Positions 34,203 through 49,100 of a stretch of DNA of 64,000 bases are shown here, piece by piece. Origin of the DNA: Tubulanus polymorphus. Taxonomy: Eukaryota; Animalia; Nemertea. The DNA lies in contig NC_134035.1 in NCBI RefSeq assembly GCF_964204645.1, positions 8,650,451-8,714,450 of the forward strand, in the 5' to 3' direction. A program made the translations under genes and the position numbers. The notes below the pieces were generated by a model. The model had not been told where the DNA came from. It did no database searches and worked only from the letters and a program-made list of their open reading frames with translations. How positions within the stretch are numbered: the first letter of the stretch is position 1; each line of letters starts with the position of its first letter.

Positions 34203-36351
34203 GCTGCTGTATGGATGCCCTGCGGGTCATGACCCCACCTATAGCCGGTCATAAATTCAAGAACTGTTGATGGTGGGGTTCCGGAGTTCTTAGCTGTGGT
34301 AAGTAGCACCCGTGCTACCTAAAAAGCCCAATTTTACATATGAGCCTCGTCGGTTAGTAGAAAACTCACCAGGTGGCACTCCGTGAAATTGAATTTACCA
34401 CTTTAACCCAAAAAACCAAGTTAACGTGAAAATATTTCCAAAACTGATATTGATTTGTAATAAGAGACCCAAAATGAACGGAAAAAATTAATATGCGGTT
34501 TGCCCTACTGCCAGAAGTACGTTTGGGCATTTCAGGGTTATAGCCATCTATTATCTCTCATCGATATATTTTGATATATTTCAAACTAAGAAAAACGTGA
34601 TCGCCGAACACATCGATTTCTGCCAGAAGTTTAGAATTATCAAAGCATTTCTTCTCGAACTTAAGCCTGCGTTTTTCATAAGCGCCGCTGGTGCCATCCA
34701 CAGCGAACAATGATCGACTTTACATAAAGATTGATAGGATACAATTACGAGTGAATTCAGAATCAATGTCTCAATGATTTTCTGCCGGTCGTCGATTCCT
34801 CCTCGATAAAATCGACGCCGATTGAAATAACGCGGCGAAGCCAGCGCCCGTGAATAGACAGTTCTTCCTCTTGGCTTGAGATAATACTTTAATATAAAGA
34901 ACGCTACCATATGTTACCAAAGCAACTCGGATTTTTGTAGACCGGCGCAGAGCATTCGAGCAAAAAATTATTTTATAAAGCGGTTTTGTTAAAGTGGATT
35001 GTTCTTTCGTAAATGTTATCATTCCCCTGAAAAGGTTTGAAGTTTATGTTATCGTTGTATTAAGGTTTGCCGTTAAATCCCATTATCATCAATAAAATGA
35101 GATCGTGACGAATCGCCGAATGAAAACGTATGATCCTTTGATATTCTCAAGGCCTACTGCAAATTTTTTTATCTTCTCGGATTTCTTTGAGGAAAAATTG
35201 AAGGTCAAAGCTGTGCACATCTCAATAGTCAAGTTTTTTAAAACTGTTAAATTTCATCAGCTATTACCCAGTTGGACCCAGTTCCGCGGAACGCTCCGTC
35301 AACCTTAGCAAAGCTATCAGTCACTCCTTCCTAAGTATGTCAGTACTCTACAATTATCCCTTTTACTTAATGCACTATGTGCAAGAGATTCGTGTCTCGT
35401 ATTTTGCATATACTACATATTTAGTTGAGATATCATTTTAGAACGAATCAGGGTCGTAGGGACCACCCGAAGTATTTCTAACAATTTTTGAAAATCAATT
35501 TTTAAGAATTTTCTATCTATCCTCAATTAATGTGGTATTATTTTACATCTGTGAATCACAGTAATAGCGCAGCGTTGAAAATGAACTAAACTCGGAAATG
35601 AACTTAACTCTAACTCACGACTGTACAACTGGATCCTGAGTTCAGAATTAACTCTAACTCACAACTGGATCCTGAACTTCATCTGTCAGCTGATAGTGAT
35701 CACCATCATTATTAGCTGACATAAATATCATTAGTAAATATTTGAATGAATTGACTTATTTGCTTTTGTTCTCATAAATCACGATTTTTTATGAAAAGCA
35801 AACTCGAATATGCAGTAGTACCTATATCAATTACGAAATGGTAAACGTATAATACAATATTTGCCGAGAATAGTATTTTTGACTCGTCATATGTTGTTGA
35901 ATATGAGTTGCACCTGGCGTCGCTTTTGAACGCTGGTAAAAAATTCATCCTGTCAAAAAAATTACAGCTATACTGACGATTCAGCCACCGTGTAGAATTA
36001 ACATTTAAAAATGTTTCATTCATTCACCATATTTCTCAATCAGGGCTACTCCCAACTTTCCCAGTCAATGTGGCTTCGTTGTTTTTTTCTTTTCTTTTTT
36101 AATCTAAAAAAAAAATCTTCATTATATTCGATTTCTGACTGAGGTGCAGGTGCAATGGACACGTTTGAAATCACAAACATTTCCGTGACAAATTATCCCA
36201 CCGCCTGTTATAGTCGATCCACCCCGTGTCTGCCCGTCCTTGAGATTCGTCCCGGGACTCTCAGAGTCGAATGAAAAGCGGCGTAGAGTTTTTTGATGAC
36301 GATTGTTTAATGAGAATATCGGGGGAATTTCTTTTTGATCTCATTGTGGTT

Positions 36352-36447
36352 AGAGAGAGAGGGAGAGAGAGAGAGAGAGAGAGCCAGAGAGAGAGAGAGC
36401 CAGAGAGAGCCAGAGAGAGAATGAGCCAGAGAGAGAGAGAGAGAGCC
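36352..36447. repeat. (GA)n microsatellite with GCCA interruptions
   Basis: Directly visible. Confidence 0.9.
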
Positions 36448-39400
36448 ATCATTAGGTCACTGTCTTCAGACCAGCTGCCGCTTAAGCTCAGTCTCACGGG
36501 ATCGAGTTTTCTATTAATCAATTATTTTCATCCGTTCGAAAGAGCTTAAACAAATAAACGCATTTCATTCACATTTCAAGTTTTATTTCCAGCAGCTTTA
36601 AAAAACCGGTATAATGGCTTTCGAATTTCGTCGCAGGAACAATCGAACGGTACAAAGGGCAAAACACTTGCTTTTCGGTGCAGTGTCGTGCAATAAACAG
36701 CGCGTCGAACAAATTCCTCGGGGCTGAACTCGAGATGAAAATGCGGATTCATCGTGCGATTTACCCGCTCCATACGCTTCCCATGAAAAAGCAGTTAGAC
36801 CCCGATGGCACTAGAAGACGTTTTTAAGAAGTCATAAAAGGTCCGCCTGCTAATTTAGCAAAATATAAATCAAAAACCTGTTTATCGACGCTATATCGTC
36901 GCAGTTTAAACCGAGTAACGAGTCTTTGTGAGTATATAATGAATTTCGACAGCCACCGGCCAAATACCAGTAGGGGATAACCCCGGGGCAGCGCCAGCCT
37001 GCGGTGTGCTCTTCTCACTGCTGGGGTGCCGTCGAAATTCGCCCGTAGATAAACCGTCACCGGCGCATAATAAAAATGCATCTTTTAAAGAACAGTCAAT
37101 ATACATAGCCTCGGGATTCGTATTTAGGATTTTAATGACTCCTTTTCAAACGGCTCCCGACTCGACCTCGAGTGTGTTGTATCTCCAGTCGAAATCTTGT
37201 CGAATCTCGCGCGGGTATACGTGCTCGCGCGTCAACCTGGACCGACGTGTTGACACTGCGGGTTGAAAAACAAAGACACTTCAACGATCCGATAAAGCAG
37301 CTTTGAAACCACATTTCAAAACGCGAAGTTCTCGTCATCATTCATGTTTGAATAGATTGGTCTTCGATTGTAATGTCGCCCGGCATTCTAGTATACTAAA
37401 ATACGCGACAATAAACCCTCTGATATGAACGCGAAATATTTTTTGAATAAATCCAGATCGTTCCTGATTTTGTTGCCATCACAAAAGAAGTTAGCGACAT
37501 TAAAACAAAATTGAAGTACTCATAGGGTTAATGCTAATGGAATGCTAATCAATTTCTAGAATTTATTATTCAATGAAATCAGGAAAAGCGGTGAATCGGG
37601 CGAAATCACCACGACAAGGCTCCCCCATCTCCCTGTCGGTGACCGTATGAATTCGAAATAATGTGCCACAAAAATAGGAATGATTGATTAATCGTAAAAC
37701 TATTCGCAGACGTCGTGATTTGTGACGTTGTCTCGTCGTAGGTCTGTCAAAAACGAAGCCTAATCAATCTCTAGTATTTAGAACGATCGTGAGTACGGCT
37801 GTCAAACGGACACGATAAAGGTTGGCCGAAAAATCGCTCGGCGGTTTTTTCCCCTCGCCGCGTCGCGAACGTTTTCAAAACGTTGTTTTGCGGCTCGCAC
37901 GCGACGACGGAAGCGTTCTTTTTAATTGATTGTATACAAATTAACGTTTAATACATGTTCAAGGAAAACGCACACAAAACGCGGGACTCGACACCTGTGT
38001 CGGTTATGAATGACGAATCTTCTGGTCGGATAGTTCGTAACGTTGGCGCAGCCAGTCTCCCTGCGGTTGCCCCGGTTTTCTTGTTGTTTTCCTCCGAACT
38101 ATTGTCTTCGATTCGACGACGTCCGGGAGAGAAATAACGGGCGTTCTTTATAGAGAACCTGTTTTCCCGTGGCCGTCCGAGAATAAACGCTTTTGGATTA
38201 GATCATAATATAACTCATTTTCCGGACGGGTTCACGTTTGAATTATGCAGTTAAATTTGGCAGACCGTGTTATCTTTTACAAGGTTTTTCTAGCAAAAGA
38301 AGACAAAGCGACCATCTACCCACCCACCCACTTAGAATTCAAGAACGCGTATTGCATTTTCTAATCGAACGGATCCTCTGTATGTTTTTTATTTCCACTA
38401 GATACCAATCCTTTCTTTCAGAAATTGGAAAAAAAAATAAATGTGACCATTCCTTGTGTACCTGTAAATCATCATTCGCTTATATAATAAGTATTTGACG
38501 GGTGATTATTCGGTTTTTTGTGCGGTGTACGTGATTTATGGCATGTTTTCATATTTGAAGTGACAAATATCAACTAATTAGCGTTGTACGTTATACAGTA
38601 CCCGATGCGGGCCCTACCAGCATCAGTAGCAGTAATCCATCATGGCTCTTTTCCTAGACCGTTCATAGCGTTCCTTTCTTTTTAAATGCATATTTCTATG
38701 ACTTGCCTCGTAGGTGTGTTAGATTTGAAACTTTTTACCGACGCTCGCTTGAAATGCCCTCATATATCATTATTCGCACTAATTACTCGAACGATTTAGT
38801 AGCGACGTATTCAAAATGAGATTTAGAGGGCGTATTTTTGACCGCAGCGTGAATCTGGTGAACGTATTGCAGTCCTACGAAAAAATCTGAAAAGGCTTCA
38901 ATTATGCCATGACCAGAGTATCAGAGTTGAAATAATTTGTAGTAAATCGTACAAAGTGAAATGTTAAACCAAAAACTACATAAATGGTTCTTCTTAATTG
39001 TTCATTAATTCGGGTTGTTTGGAGGCTTCGTTCCTTCTCATCGGGTTTCCTAAAACCAAACATATAATTAAAACTGTGATTCTTTTTGTCAGAGAGGGAA
39101 GTCGGGTCGGGTCGGTTCATCTCATTTTGAGTTCGTATATTCGCGATGACAAAAGAAAACGCCATTCGTAAATTAAAGGCCTCCAAGTGGAACTCTTTGA
39201 AGAAAATAAACGGCAGCGGATTCTTTTTTTAAGAAAATAAATCTGGGTTTAAACGTTTTAATTAGATGACGGTGGCCACCTATTTGGGGTGTCGTACGTC
39301 TGGCTGCGTTCAAAGTCATATATTCAGTAAAAGGGGCGCACGTCACTTCCGTTTGCATGGCTGCGTTCGAATGGTGCCGCAGTTCGGCGTGTTTTTCGTA

Positions 39401-41779
39401 GCCGTTTGTAAAAAGAAACGCGAATTCAATCGATCGAAACATGTTTTCCTTTTTTTTTCATTAAATCGACGCTGGCTTCGTGACTTGCTCGACTTTTAAC
39501 CAAAAGGAAGTTATCTTTTAAAAAACATGGTGACAATACCCCACGTTGTTTCATTTTCAAAGGCGGTCGGTCGGCGTCGAACATTTCATTTAGTCAATAT
39601 GTAAATGATTTTAGATTGATTTGAATTTGTGTTGTATCCAGAATCATAGATTTAAGATTTTTCTGAATAAGTTCGACCAAATTCATTTATATCTGCTATA
39701 GGCAGCAAGAGAATTGGCAAATTTGATAACAGATTTCACAGAAGCACCTAGTTGACCTCTTCAAAATCAAAATTGCTTTCACCTATTTTCGTGAAATCTA
39801 AATAGTAGAAAAAAATAACGTAGCAAAGAATTAAAAATGAATTGTATTCTGTCCATACTCAAAACGCACACGTTCGCTGTACCGGATAATAAATGAAATA
39901 GAATTAATTCAATAAACGAACACAGATGTATCAATACTAAAAACTTGTCACAATTAAATGCGATTTGAATTTATTGTTCTCATCATAATCCTGCGTCGCT
40001 CGTGTTTAGTGTCTTTCAGCGAAATGACGCAACGTGTGAACTTCGCCGTTTGCGGCCAATAAAAGAGGAATGGACTTCTTTTATGACGGGTAGATGAAAC
40101 CAGTTTTATTGTCGGTGCTATAGGAGGGATTGAAATTGCATTTACGATGTCAGATCATCCGTCAAGGTTATAATATATAGTATATATATGTATTCGGTAT
40201 TGGGAGCTGGCTGAGTGTGATCTATATTGCATGGTCTAAAGTTCGGTCCCAGATCAGACTGGTCACAGTATCGCCCTTAGTAGCCTTCCCTTATATTCTT
40301 TATCGTTTAACCTTTTCTAATTCGTATAGAGGAGTCGTGTTAACCGGGTGCTGAACGAATACCACGAAACGAGTATATAATACTTTAAAGGTTAACTAGT
40401 TTATTTGACGCACGGGCTTAAGTTACGTACAGCAGCTTCATCTACTATACATTAGTAGCGAAAGCTCGTGCGTCAAATAAACTAGTAAACCTATAAAGTA
40501 CTACTCGTCCTGTTATATCTGTTGTAATTGATGGCGCAGATACTTTTCAAACGATGCCGTATATATTTCTTACGGGGACACTGTTTGAATATGCTTCAGA
40601 TTTTAGAGCCTTACAGTGACAAACAAAACGAAGGGAATAAAATTATGAAATTATATTTCCTGTTCCAAAACATTATTTTATTTCGTGTATTTGTTACTTT
40701 TCGGGCATGAGTGTTCAGTGTTATTTCATATCATTTTCTATCTGATCAAGTCACAATTTCATTCAACATTACATTATCAGAAAACATATTCGTTACTTCG
40801 TTTAACCTATCTTGAGATTTAGAAATCTTCATTTAAAAACAGTATCTATCCGGGTAGTGTGTAGGCGCATGAACTCGTGCATGGACTGGCGTTGCGATGT
40901 AAATGACTGAAAGTAAGATAAACAAGAAATTGATGTCGTATTAATCAGATCATTCATCATAGAATACGTTTTTGCGTTCACAAGTCATTTTCGTGTTTCG
41001 ATTTCATATGCAAAATCAGCCAGTTGTTTTTTCGAGTCTATCTATATATTTTTGAACGGCGTTTTCCTTCACTGCCCGCACGCGCCGTTCAAAACGAAAC
41101 ATCGCCCGAAATCGCCATTATCTTTTACGAATAAGTAATCGCGATATAATTGGATCGAAATTCGTTCTGGCGGAAAAAGATTTGAATGACGCGAGACGGA
41201 ATTACGGTGTTTTAAAATACCGCTTTTCATCGCTTTCAAAATTCAAAAGTTCACAACGACTGAATATATAACGCGGAGGTTTCCATATGCTAAGAGATGA
41301 TCCGCGGAACGTCGTCACCGGCCGACCGATACCTGTGTCGGTAATACGCTAATACGAGTTACCAAATTTGGAAGATAATATCACAATTTCAAACTTTGAA
41401 GACTGTGAGCTCGATTAACCGCAATACTCGCCGCTCACTGGGGAGCCTAGGGTGACGATGCTACCCGAGGAAACTTAGGACGCGATTGATTTGTTTGACG
41501 TGTTCGATCAGAGGTTAAATAAAAAAGCGATCGTCACCTGTAGACATAAAATGAAGTTAATTATTTGCGTGTGTAGCCGTGAAGCGAGATACCAGTGGCA
41601 GACGTGCATCCAGGGGGTCTTGTGCACGGCACTCATTTTTAGAGTTACCCCTTTCTGAGGGAACTTTTTTTCATTTACTACCTCTTTATATATGGAATCT
41701 TATTTCTTATAAGAACTAAATTTTCGACTTGGAAATGCTGCAAACTTTCAGAGGCGACGCTTAAGTTGCTAATACATGC

Positions 41780-42065
41780 AATCTTCGTTCAGCATTTCAT
41801 AAGAGACTACATGTACATCCGAACCTACTTTAGACACTTCAACTTTTGGACAGCGAGCTATTTCACGTCTATCGCCAAGACTTTGGAATAAATCACGTCT
41901 TTCTGATTCTTGTCATCTCAATCTGGATCAGTTTAACGGGTGTCTCAAAATCACCTTGTTCTGTGAACTATTACGATAAGAATATCCCAGCGAGGTGCAT
42001 TTGAACTGTATTACAGGATCATTGCGCCGTATAAGAACTATTTATCATTATTATCATGATTGATT
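41780..42065 (+). mobile_element. Highly degraded L2/CR1-group LINE 3' end
   Basis: Remnant GQRAISRLSPRLWNK and GCLKITLF-like motifs, ending GCGCCGTATAAGAA plus an ATT/ATC-rich tail. Confidence 0.45.
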
Positions 42066-42596
42066 ATAAAATTATAATTCAATTATAAAAACGTGTCCTT
42101 TAGTGCGGTTAAGTGCAAAACCTTCGAAAGTAGTCCGTGTCGATGAGTATGAATGAGTTAATAGGAGACGCGTATGCTCGAGTTTTACATATATTTCACC
42201 GCTTTCCTGGAACGAAGCTCTTCTGGCGGGTTACACCTTATTTCAACAACGCGCCGAGAAGCATCATGCGCAAACTTCGACGATACTATATAAAAATGAA
42301 TTACGTTTTCCAATTAAAATCTTATACTATTGACATCGGACGAAGTGTCTCGTGAGTGGCTTTTCAACTTCCACGCCGTGCTTAATAACAGCCACGTAAA
42401 CAATGACTTGTATAACTCGTGGACACCTGGCCAATCGTTCACTGACAATGATTCCGAGTTTTTTTTTCATCGAAAAGATACCCATCAAGTGAACCAAAAA
42501 GCACACATGCTCTATATGCGAACTGTGAAAAAAAACTATTCGACTCGCTAACAGTTTTTCTTATCCAGTATATTAGAGTCCAGTATAAGATCGCAC

Positions 42597-43190
42597 TGTT
42601 GAACTTCAAGGCACTGAATCGCCTGGCTACTTCATACTTATCCGGACTATTACAAGTTTATGAACCTATTACCCCTACGTTCTGCTATCATCAGGAGAGA
42701 CTGGTTGCAGTTCCGTGCCGAGGGGGATTCGGGGTATCCTTAAAGGTGCCCTTCGAAAGGTCATCGTCAAAAAAATGGGTCAAGAGTCGAAATTCGGATA
42801 CAATTTTCATGCTTTTCTTTTAAATTGAAAAGTATCGCTTCTCTGAAATGATTTATTCAGGTACCTTGGCACTTCGTATCTAAAATCAGTCCTACTTCAA
42901 TAGGAAAGTGCCGCTTTTCATGATAGAAAGTGTCCTTTTTCTTGAAATAGAACAGCACCTCAAAAAAGCTCGGCACGGGCCTGGGTTGCTCCAATTATCC
43001 GTTTGTCTTCATATGGCGGTAGAGCATTCTCCGCATATGCTCCCAGACTATAGAATAACTTTCTAGCGGACACATCGGATCCCATGTCTTTGTCTTGTGA
43101 GCATACTCGCAAGACAGTTCTATTCTTGTGCTAGTTACTTTTAGCTTCTAGAGGAGAGTATTTGAAATTTTATAAGGAGCCTTGCGCCAT
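42597..43190 (+). mobile_element. 3' fragment of an L2/CR1-group LINE interrupted by a MITE
   Basis: FKALNRLATSYLSGLLQVYEP ... SYGGRAFSAYAPRL*NN, the characteristic L2 ORF2 C-terminus. Confidence 0.7.
42708..42983. mobile_element. MITE inserted in the LINE fragment
   Basis: TIR CAGnnCCGTGCCGAG / CTCGGCACGGGCCTG, flanked by GGTTG on both sides; absent from the paralogous LINE copy at 26.7 kb; related fragment at ~28590-28650. Confidence 0.65.
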
Positions 43191-46100
43191 ATTAATCACA
43201 ATCTATAATCGTTACTATCTTTAAGAGCGATATTTCTTGCATTGTTACGTCTTTTTGTTAACAGGTCATTCGTGAGAGGACTTTTCCATATAGGGATGTC
43301 ACGTTTATGCAGGATGCGACTGGACTTTTTCCGAATTTTCTCGTCGGTGCAACAAAGAAAAATAACAACGGAAACATTTTCCCGAATTCGGCACCGGCGA
43401 ATTCGGTCCCACGTCATAACGGAGCTAAACGACGCTAAACATCGGTTTGCGTAACCTAGATTCGATTCCGAAGACCTTTTCTTCGATAACCGACTTCGTA
43501 CAAAGATCGTCGAGTTTCGCAATGAAACATGACCGACCGGGGTCAAGCCAATGATGGACCCCCTAGAACTTTCACCCAGGAGCGTTCGAGAAACTGGTCC
43601 CGTACGCTATATATCCCGGTGAAATTCATCCGCGCAGTTTATTGTGCGCGTCGGGTAAACCGCCTCCGGAGACCGATCACTTCCTCGTTTACAAATCTCG
43701 ACTGTGTGTTTAATGGAAATCATACGCGGCGCGCATTGTAATCGTACACCGATATTTCACGGGGCAATAACCGGTGTGTTCCTTTTCAATTGAAAACTCT
43801 CCCGAATTGAAACCGTAACGTGAAAACATCTCGACGACGTTTTGAAATCGAATCTTCTATTGTTTCCGATGCGCGCGAGGCATTTACGTATAATTGCGAT
43901 GTAGAAAATGTCGCTGTTACGAATTCAGACGAGACCAACTACTGATTGTTAGGTAACTAGAATCACAGTTGCATTCGTTGTCATACGAACTAGTGTGCTT
44001 TTTATGAATGGTTTTTTCAACCGGACCCGAAACCGAGGAACGTGACTTCGAATAAGAAGTCGTACGGGGCGTCTGCGCGGCTATGTAATTGCGTGTTGGT
44101 AAAAACGAAAATCAACGACCGACACGGCGCCGACGTTAAAACACCGCGACTCTTATTGAATAGATAAACGGCTAAACCGAACTCCACAATAATTAGTCCT
44201 AAATCGCTATAGGCGATTAGAAAAAAATCGCTAGAGATTTTAGAAAAGAAATCTAATATCGAAATCGAACACTTTTATCGCTTGGTTGTCGATGAGTTAA
44301 GTCGAGCAGAAACTTCAAACCGTTACGAATAGCGCGCTTTGAATAGAAGTCTCAAATTTCCACACGTTCTTATCGGACTTATTCGTGAAATATCGAATTT
44401 GATTTCCAAACGAAAAGTTCGTTACTCTCTTTAACTAGTAGATCGTTTATTAGTTCCGGTGAAGAAAGTCATTTCTGAGCTCGTCACAAGCGTTTCGAAT
44501 GAAAGTCTTTAAAATGTTCGCTTAAAAAAACCGAGACGCGCAGCCCGATTCGTTTCGCCATTGAAATAAGAATTCCGGTTTTATGTCACGCAATTTTTAA
44601 ACGTTTTTTTAACAAACGGCGAAATGATAAAAGAGTGTAAATTTCATAATAGGATGTTATTTGGTTTGGGATTAAGTCGATAAATCCGGCCGGAAAACCG
44701 AGAACTCGCTCGGATCGACGGATCACACACACACACTGCAGGTGAGACCTCATTGTGTTCCTACACCATTCAAAGCGAGGCTGCGATGTAAACTTTGCGG
44801 AAACGCGCGCTTTTCAAACGGCGACGACTGCGCGCCGAGCTAGCGCACGTTTGTTCCCTAGAAACGCGCCGTTACGCGTCCTGATCGTCTGCGGTCGGCC
44901 GTCCGATCGCCCTTAAAACGTCCCCGGAATAAATTACCGTACGTTTTATGGTGACGGGGAGATGTCGAATTAATGAAAAATTAAATATCATAACGTAATG
45001 TAGGCGTGTGCCCGATTGGCGTTTCTGTAACACGTGAGCGACAAAGTTCGGCGGGTCGTTAGTGTTTTTTCCTTCCGTTACGAATGTTTTCTGCAATAAC
45101 AATGCGTAACAAGATATTAGGAATATATTTTGGGCGGTCGGAGGCAGCTGTTAGCTGGTTGACTCCGTCCGAACACAAGAGATCCGAACGTGGTACAGAC
45201 GTTAAATCACCCTTGCAGCTGCCTGGAACAAATGCAACCTTTGGAAATAAAGATAAATAATAACTCGTAATACAGATTATGAATAACACTCGCCGGTGTC
45301 GAGGAGAGAAAGGCCGACTTGACGGTTTGAATAACAAGGGATTCAACGCGTGGCAAAAACTACACACACTGACACAAAGTACAAACCCCAATCCCTCCCA
45401 TTAAAAAGAGTTTAATTACGTTTACAGACGAGATTGTGATGCAAAATGCCTTGTTTTCTTTGTGACTAACAGCAAAAAGTCGCGTATTCACCGTCAGTTC
45501 TCCCTACCGAAAATGAATGACTTCAAGAAGCAGGTGTTCACATCGCTAGACGCGCACTCGCTTCATAAGTTACCAGTAAAAATTTCAATCAATTTTGAGA
45601 TGACAAAACCCACTAAAACCATGAATTCGTAGACAAAACATTTTACCGAAGTCTCGTTTTGTGATACCGTATCGAGTCTAGAAAAAAAAACTCCGTCTCG
45701 GCCGCGTCTGCTGCGTGCATTCGACGACAATAAACAGCTAGCGGTCCGGTCAGTGTGAAATCCGTGTTAATCATATGCGTGTTGATGATAGAGCTCCTCG
45801 CCCGTCAAAACGAAACTAAGTCAGCACGCCAGTTCGGAACAGCGGCCCTAATCGTTACTTTTTGTCGTTGCTTTTGTACGCTTCGTCTGCAGGCAGTTTT
45901 TGTAAAGTTTTTCCTCTGAGAAAGTTAGTGCAGTTGAAAGTGCGCGCCTCAATATTCTCACATGATGTTACGAGAATCATGAACAATCATTGCATATATC
46001 AGCAACACAGAACTGTTCTTCACCCGCGCACTTTACAAACGTCATAATTATGGGCAGTTATCAACATTACTATCATTATGTAACCACATGTATTCGTGGT

Positions 46101-49100
46101 TTCAATCACGGACTCTAAATCGTTTTAGAGTCCATGTTTCAACGAATGTCTTTGAAGAAGTGCCTTCTTTTTAGTGCATTAGCCGGTTATAATCATCTAA
46201 AGCAATAATTCGACATATTACTCTAAACGCCCCTTATCATAGATAGAAAGCTCAACACGAAAAAAAAACAGGAAATGATACTCCGAAAGTTTATTACGAA
46301 AGCGCTGGATTTCAGGTGTTGATAGTAACGGGCCTCATCAGGTGGATTGATGCCTTTTGAAGATATCATTTCTCTTCGTGACTTTCGAAATTCTTTTTTA
46401 GCTAACCGAACATGGACTGTGTTGTGTGTGGTGTGTGGAGGTCGAACTGGGTTAAAACGGCCAGGTGTCGACATTAAAATTGAAAACGGAATGACAGGTT
46501 GAACTGGTTCATAAACCTGAATATGAAATACATATTTTCATGTATAACGCTTATAACGCAAGATGCCGCTCCCGCAATTTGTATACATTTCCACCAACAC
46601 CTGGACCACTTCGGCGCCATAATAGCGCATAACCGCAAAAATGATACCTATACAGCCACACGTCTAAAACATTGTCCATTTTTAACTCGATACGTATATA
46701 GTTTCTGGTCGAGCGAGTTGTTTTCCGTAACAATCGACTACGATAGTTATTATGTATGAACGCACCGCGTATATTGTACATATTTATAAGTGCCATCGAT
46801 AAATGCAAGAAAATAATGCCGCCTATTTTACAATAGCTATGCACACGTGACAACAAACGATTCAATATTTCGAACATTCGCGTGTTGAAATACATGTATA
46901 GAGGGTTGTTATTTTTAAGATGCAGCATTCGCCCACGTCGGTCGGACAATATGTTGTTTAACTTCCCTCAATCGGGCTTCGTCTCATTAACGTTCCCTGG
47001 TGTTCTATACCGCGAGTAAATTAACCATATGTCTCCCAGGTGAGACAGTAGGCGCGTGTTAGCGCGGTAACGAACAAAACAAAAACAGAATAAATATTCA
47101 AAAAAATAATCGAATCAAGTCTGCTGCGAGTGTTTTGTGTATTTTCGATGTCTAAACAGGTTTGACTTATGTAAACTCGGGTCTACGTCTTTTTGAAAAC
47201 ACTGTTCGAAATGGCTACCCTACAAGTATTTCGGGTGAAAGTTAGCGTGTTATTGGAAGCGCACGTGTTAAAAGTCGTTGACGATGTGATAGGGTTGGAC
47301 TCAGCTGCAATCAAACGACACTTCACCTCATCTATGTTTGCATCTATCGAGTCTTTCACCAGCTGACGAGAGTCTGGGGCTGATGTTTATCTGTTGGAGC
47401 GGTATCTACGGACGCGTGTACTTTTGATACAGAGGAATATCCCATTAATAGTAATCAGTGGTGCTTGTATAACTATACCGATGATTCTGACTATAAATGG
47501 TCAGCTGTTATGCCAACGGCTAGCTGTATGGCTAAGCAGATATTTTTATGTATGATGACTAAGGGAGCTGAACCCTCTCTCTTCCTCAGTCGCTCTCTCT
47601 CTCATCTAGAATAGACCGGACGTATTTTCAATTTGACTCACTGCGTTTATTCCATTCATTTCCTTTAAAATGGTGTATACCTTAATTTCGTCGAGCAAGG
47701 CACTGCAGAACTATATGATATTCAATCTAAACTTATGTTTTAAAAATGAGCGCAAATTATCGCAACAATGGGGAGGGACCGCCACAAAATGGCGCCTAGA
47801 AACTGGAAACTTCTTTATAACATACATCTGAGCTGGAACCCGGTATCATTGGTGGAGTTTGAATATTAATACGTGTCCTCGCGATAACTGTCAGCCGTTC
47901 GTGTAATCAATCCCCATACGTTGTTGAAATATTTTGAAGTTCAATGACCTGTCCCTGCGATTTGGAACAGGGGTATCAGTTGACACACCTGCGTGTGTGT
48001 GCTTTAGAGCATTACGGGGGAAAATGGTAACAGTTGGTTGGGTGTGAATGAATGATTGTCTTCATCGTTGGTTGTTACGCAATAAGTATTCACATATCGT
48101 TTACGTTTGGCATGATAACTGACGATCTATTAATATGTCGGACTATACGGACGAGATTCGTTCTAGAATCCACGATCGTCGATCTAATCATTGCTGCACA
48201 GATGATCCATAATCGCAGATGATACTATTTTCAATGAATAGGCGACGCCGGCAGATACGTAATACGCATATTATGATGACGTAATCAACTTATCTAAATC
48301 GGAAGGATGTCGGGGCGGTCCGCGGGAAGTGTTGTATTTCCTGAAAGTTTATGAGCTCGATCTTATCGACGGGAAGCTATTAATTACCGGCTTTCCTCGT
48401 GTCGTTGTTATATTTCACCGGTGGTTTTAATAAAGTGCTCTCTCCGCGCCGAGATGCAAATGAGGCAAAGTTAATCCGCAATGTCTACTCACGCTTCGTT
48501 CGTCTGCGGAACAATAAAACTAACGACGCGCTACTCGTCTGCAGTACTATGTACAGCCGACAACGCGGGCTGTTCGTGACGGCACCGAATCCGCCGAGCA
48601 GTTTTTAATTGCGGACTAATCGGCCGAGAATCCGAACAAACGATCTGGAAACTCGTAAGGATTCCGGATAAGCTCGACTGACGCGAATACAATAGTAACA
48701 CGTAGCAATGTAACATCATAATTAGCTAAGATTTGCGCTGTTTATGATCAGTGTTGTCAGACCTCAGGGCGTTGCAGCGTAATGGCGTAACGACCGAACA
48801 ATACGTTACGCTGTCGCTGGCAATACGGCGGTGAAATTAATGTTGTTGATATTTCTTTGAAAAGATCACAGATGTGCCGGCGGCGGCGGCCGCGTCGCCC
48901 AGCGTCGGAGAATCTCACATATTTTGCGTCGTCCAGAACGACGTCGCTTTGACTTGCTGCGACTCGACAGCGCGTAAAAAACACTGATTCGCATTCATGA
49001 ACGTTGTATACAGCGTCTTTTATTCGATGATAATTAAGCTGCAGAATTCTAGTTTACGAAAACCAAAAATGAAAACATTTCGACTGACTTTGACTTTTGA

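Noticed and set aside
36261-36549. ORFs with ERERE / LSLSL runs (also 33121-33336 and 16152-16388)
   Set aside because: Translations of microsatellites or tandem repeats; only the 16217-16160 part is a real OAS exon.
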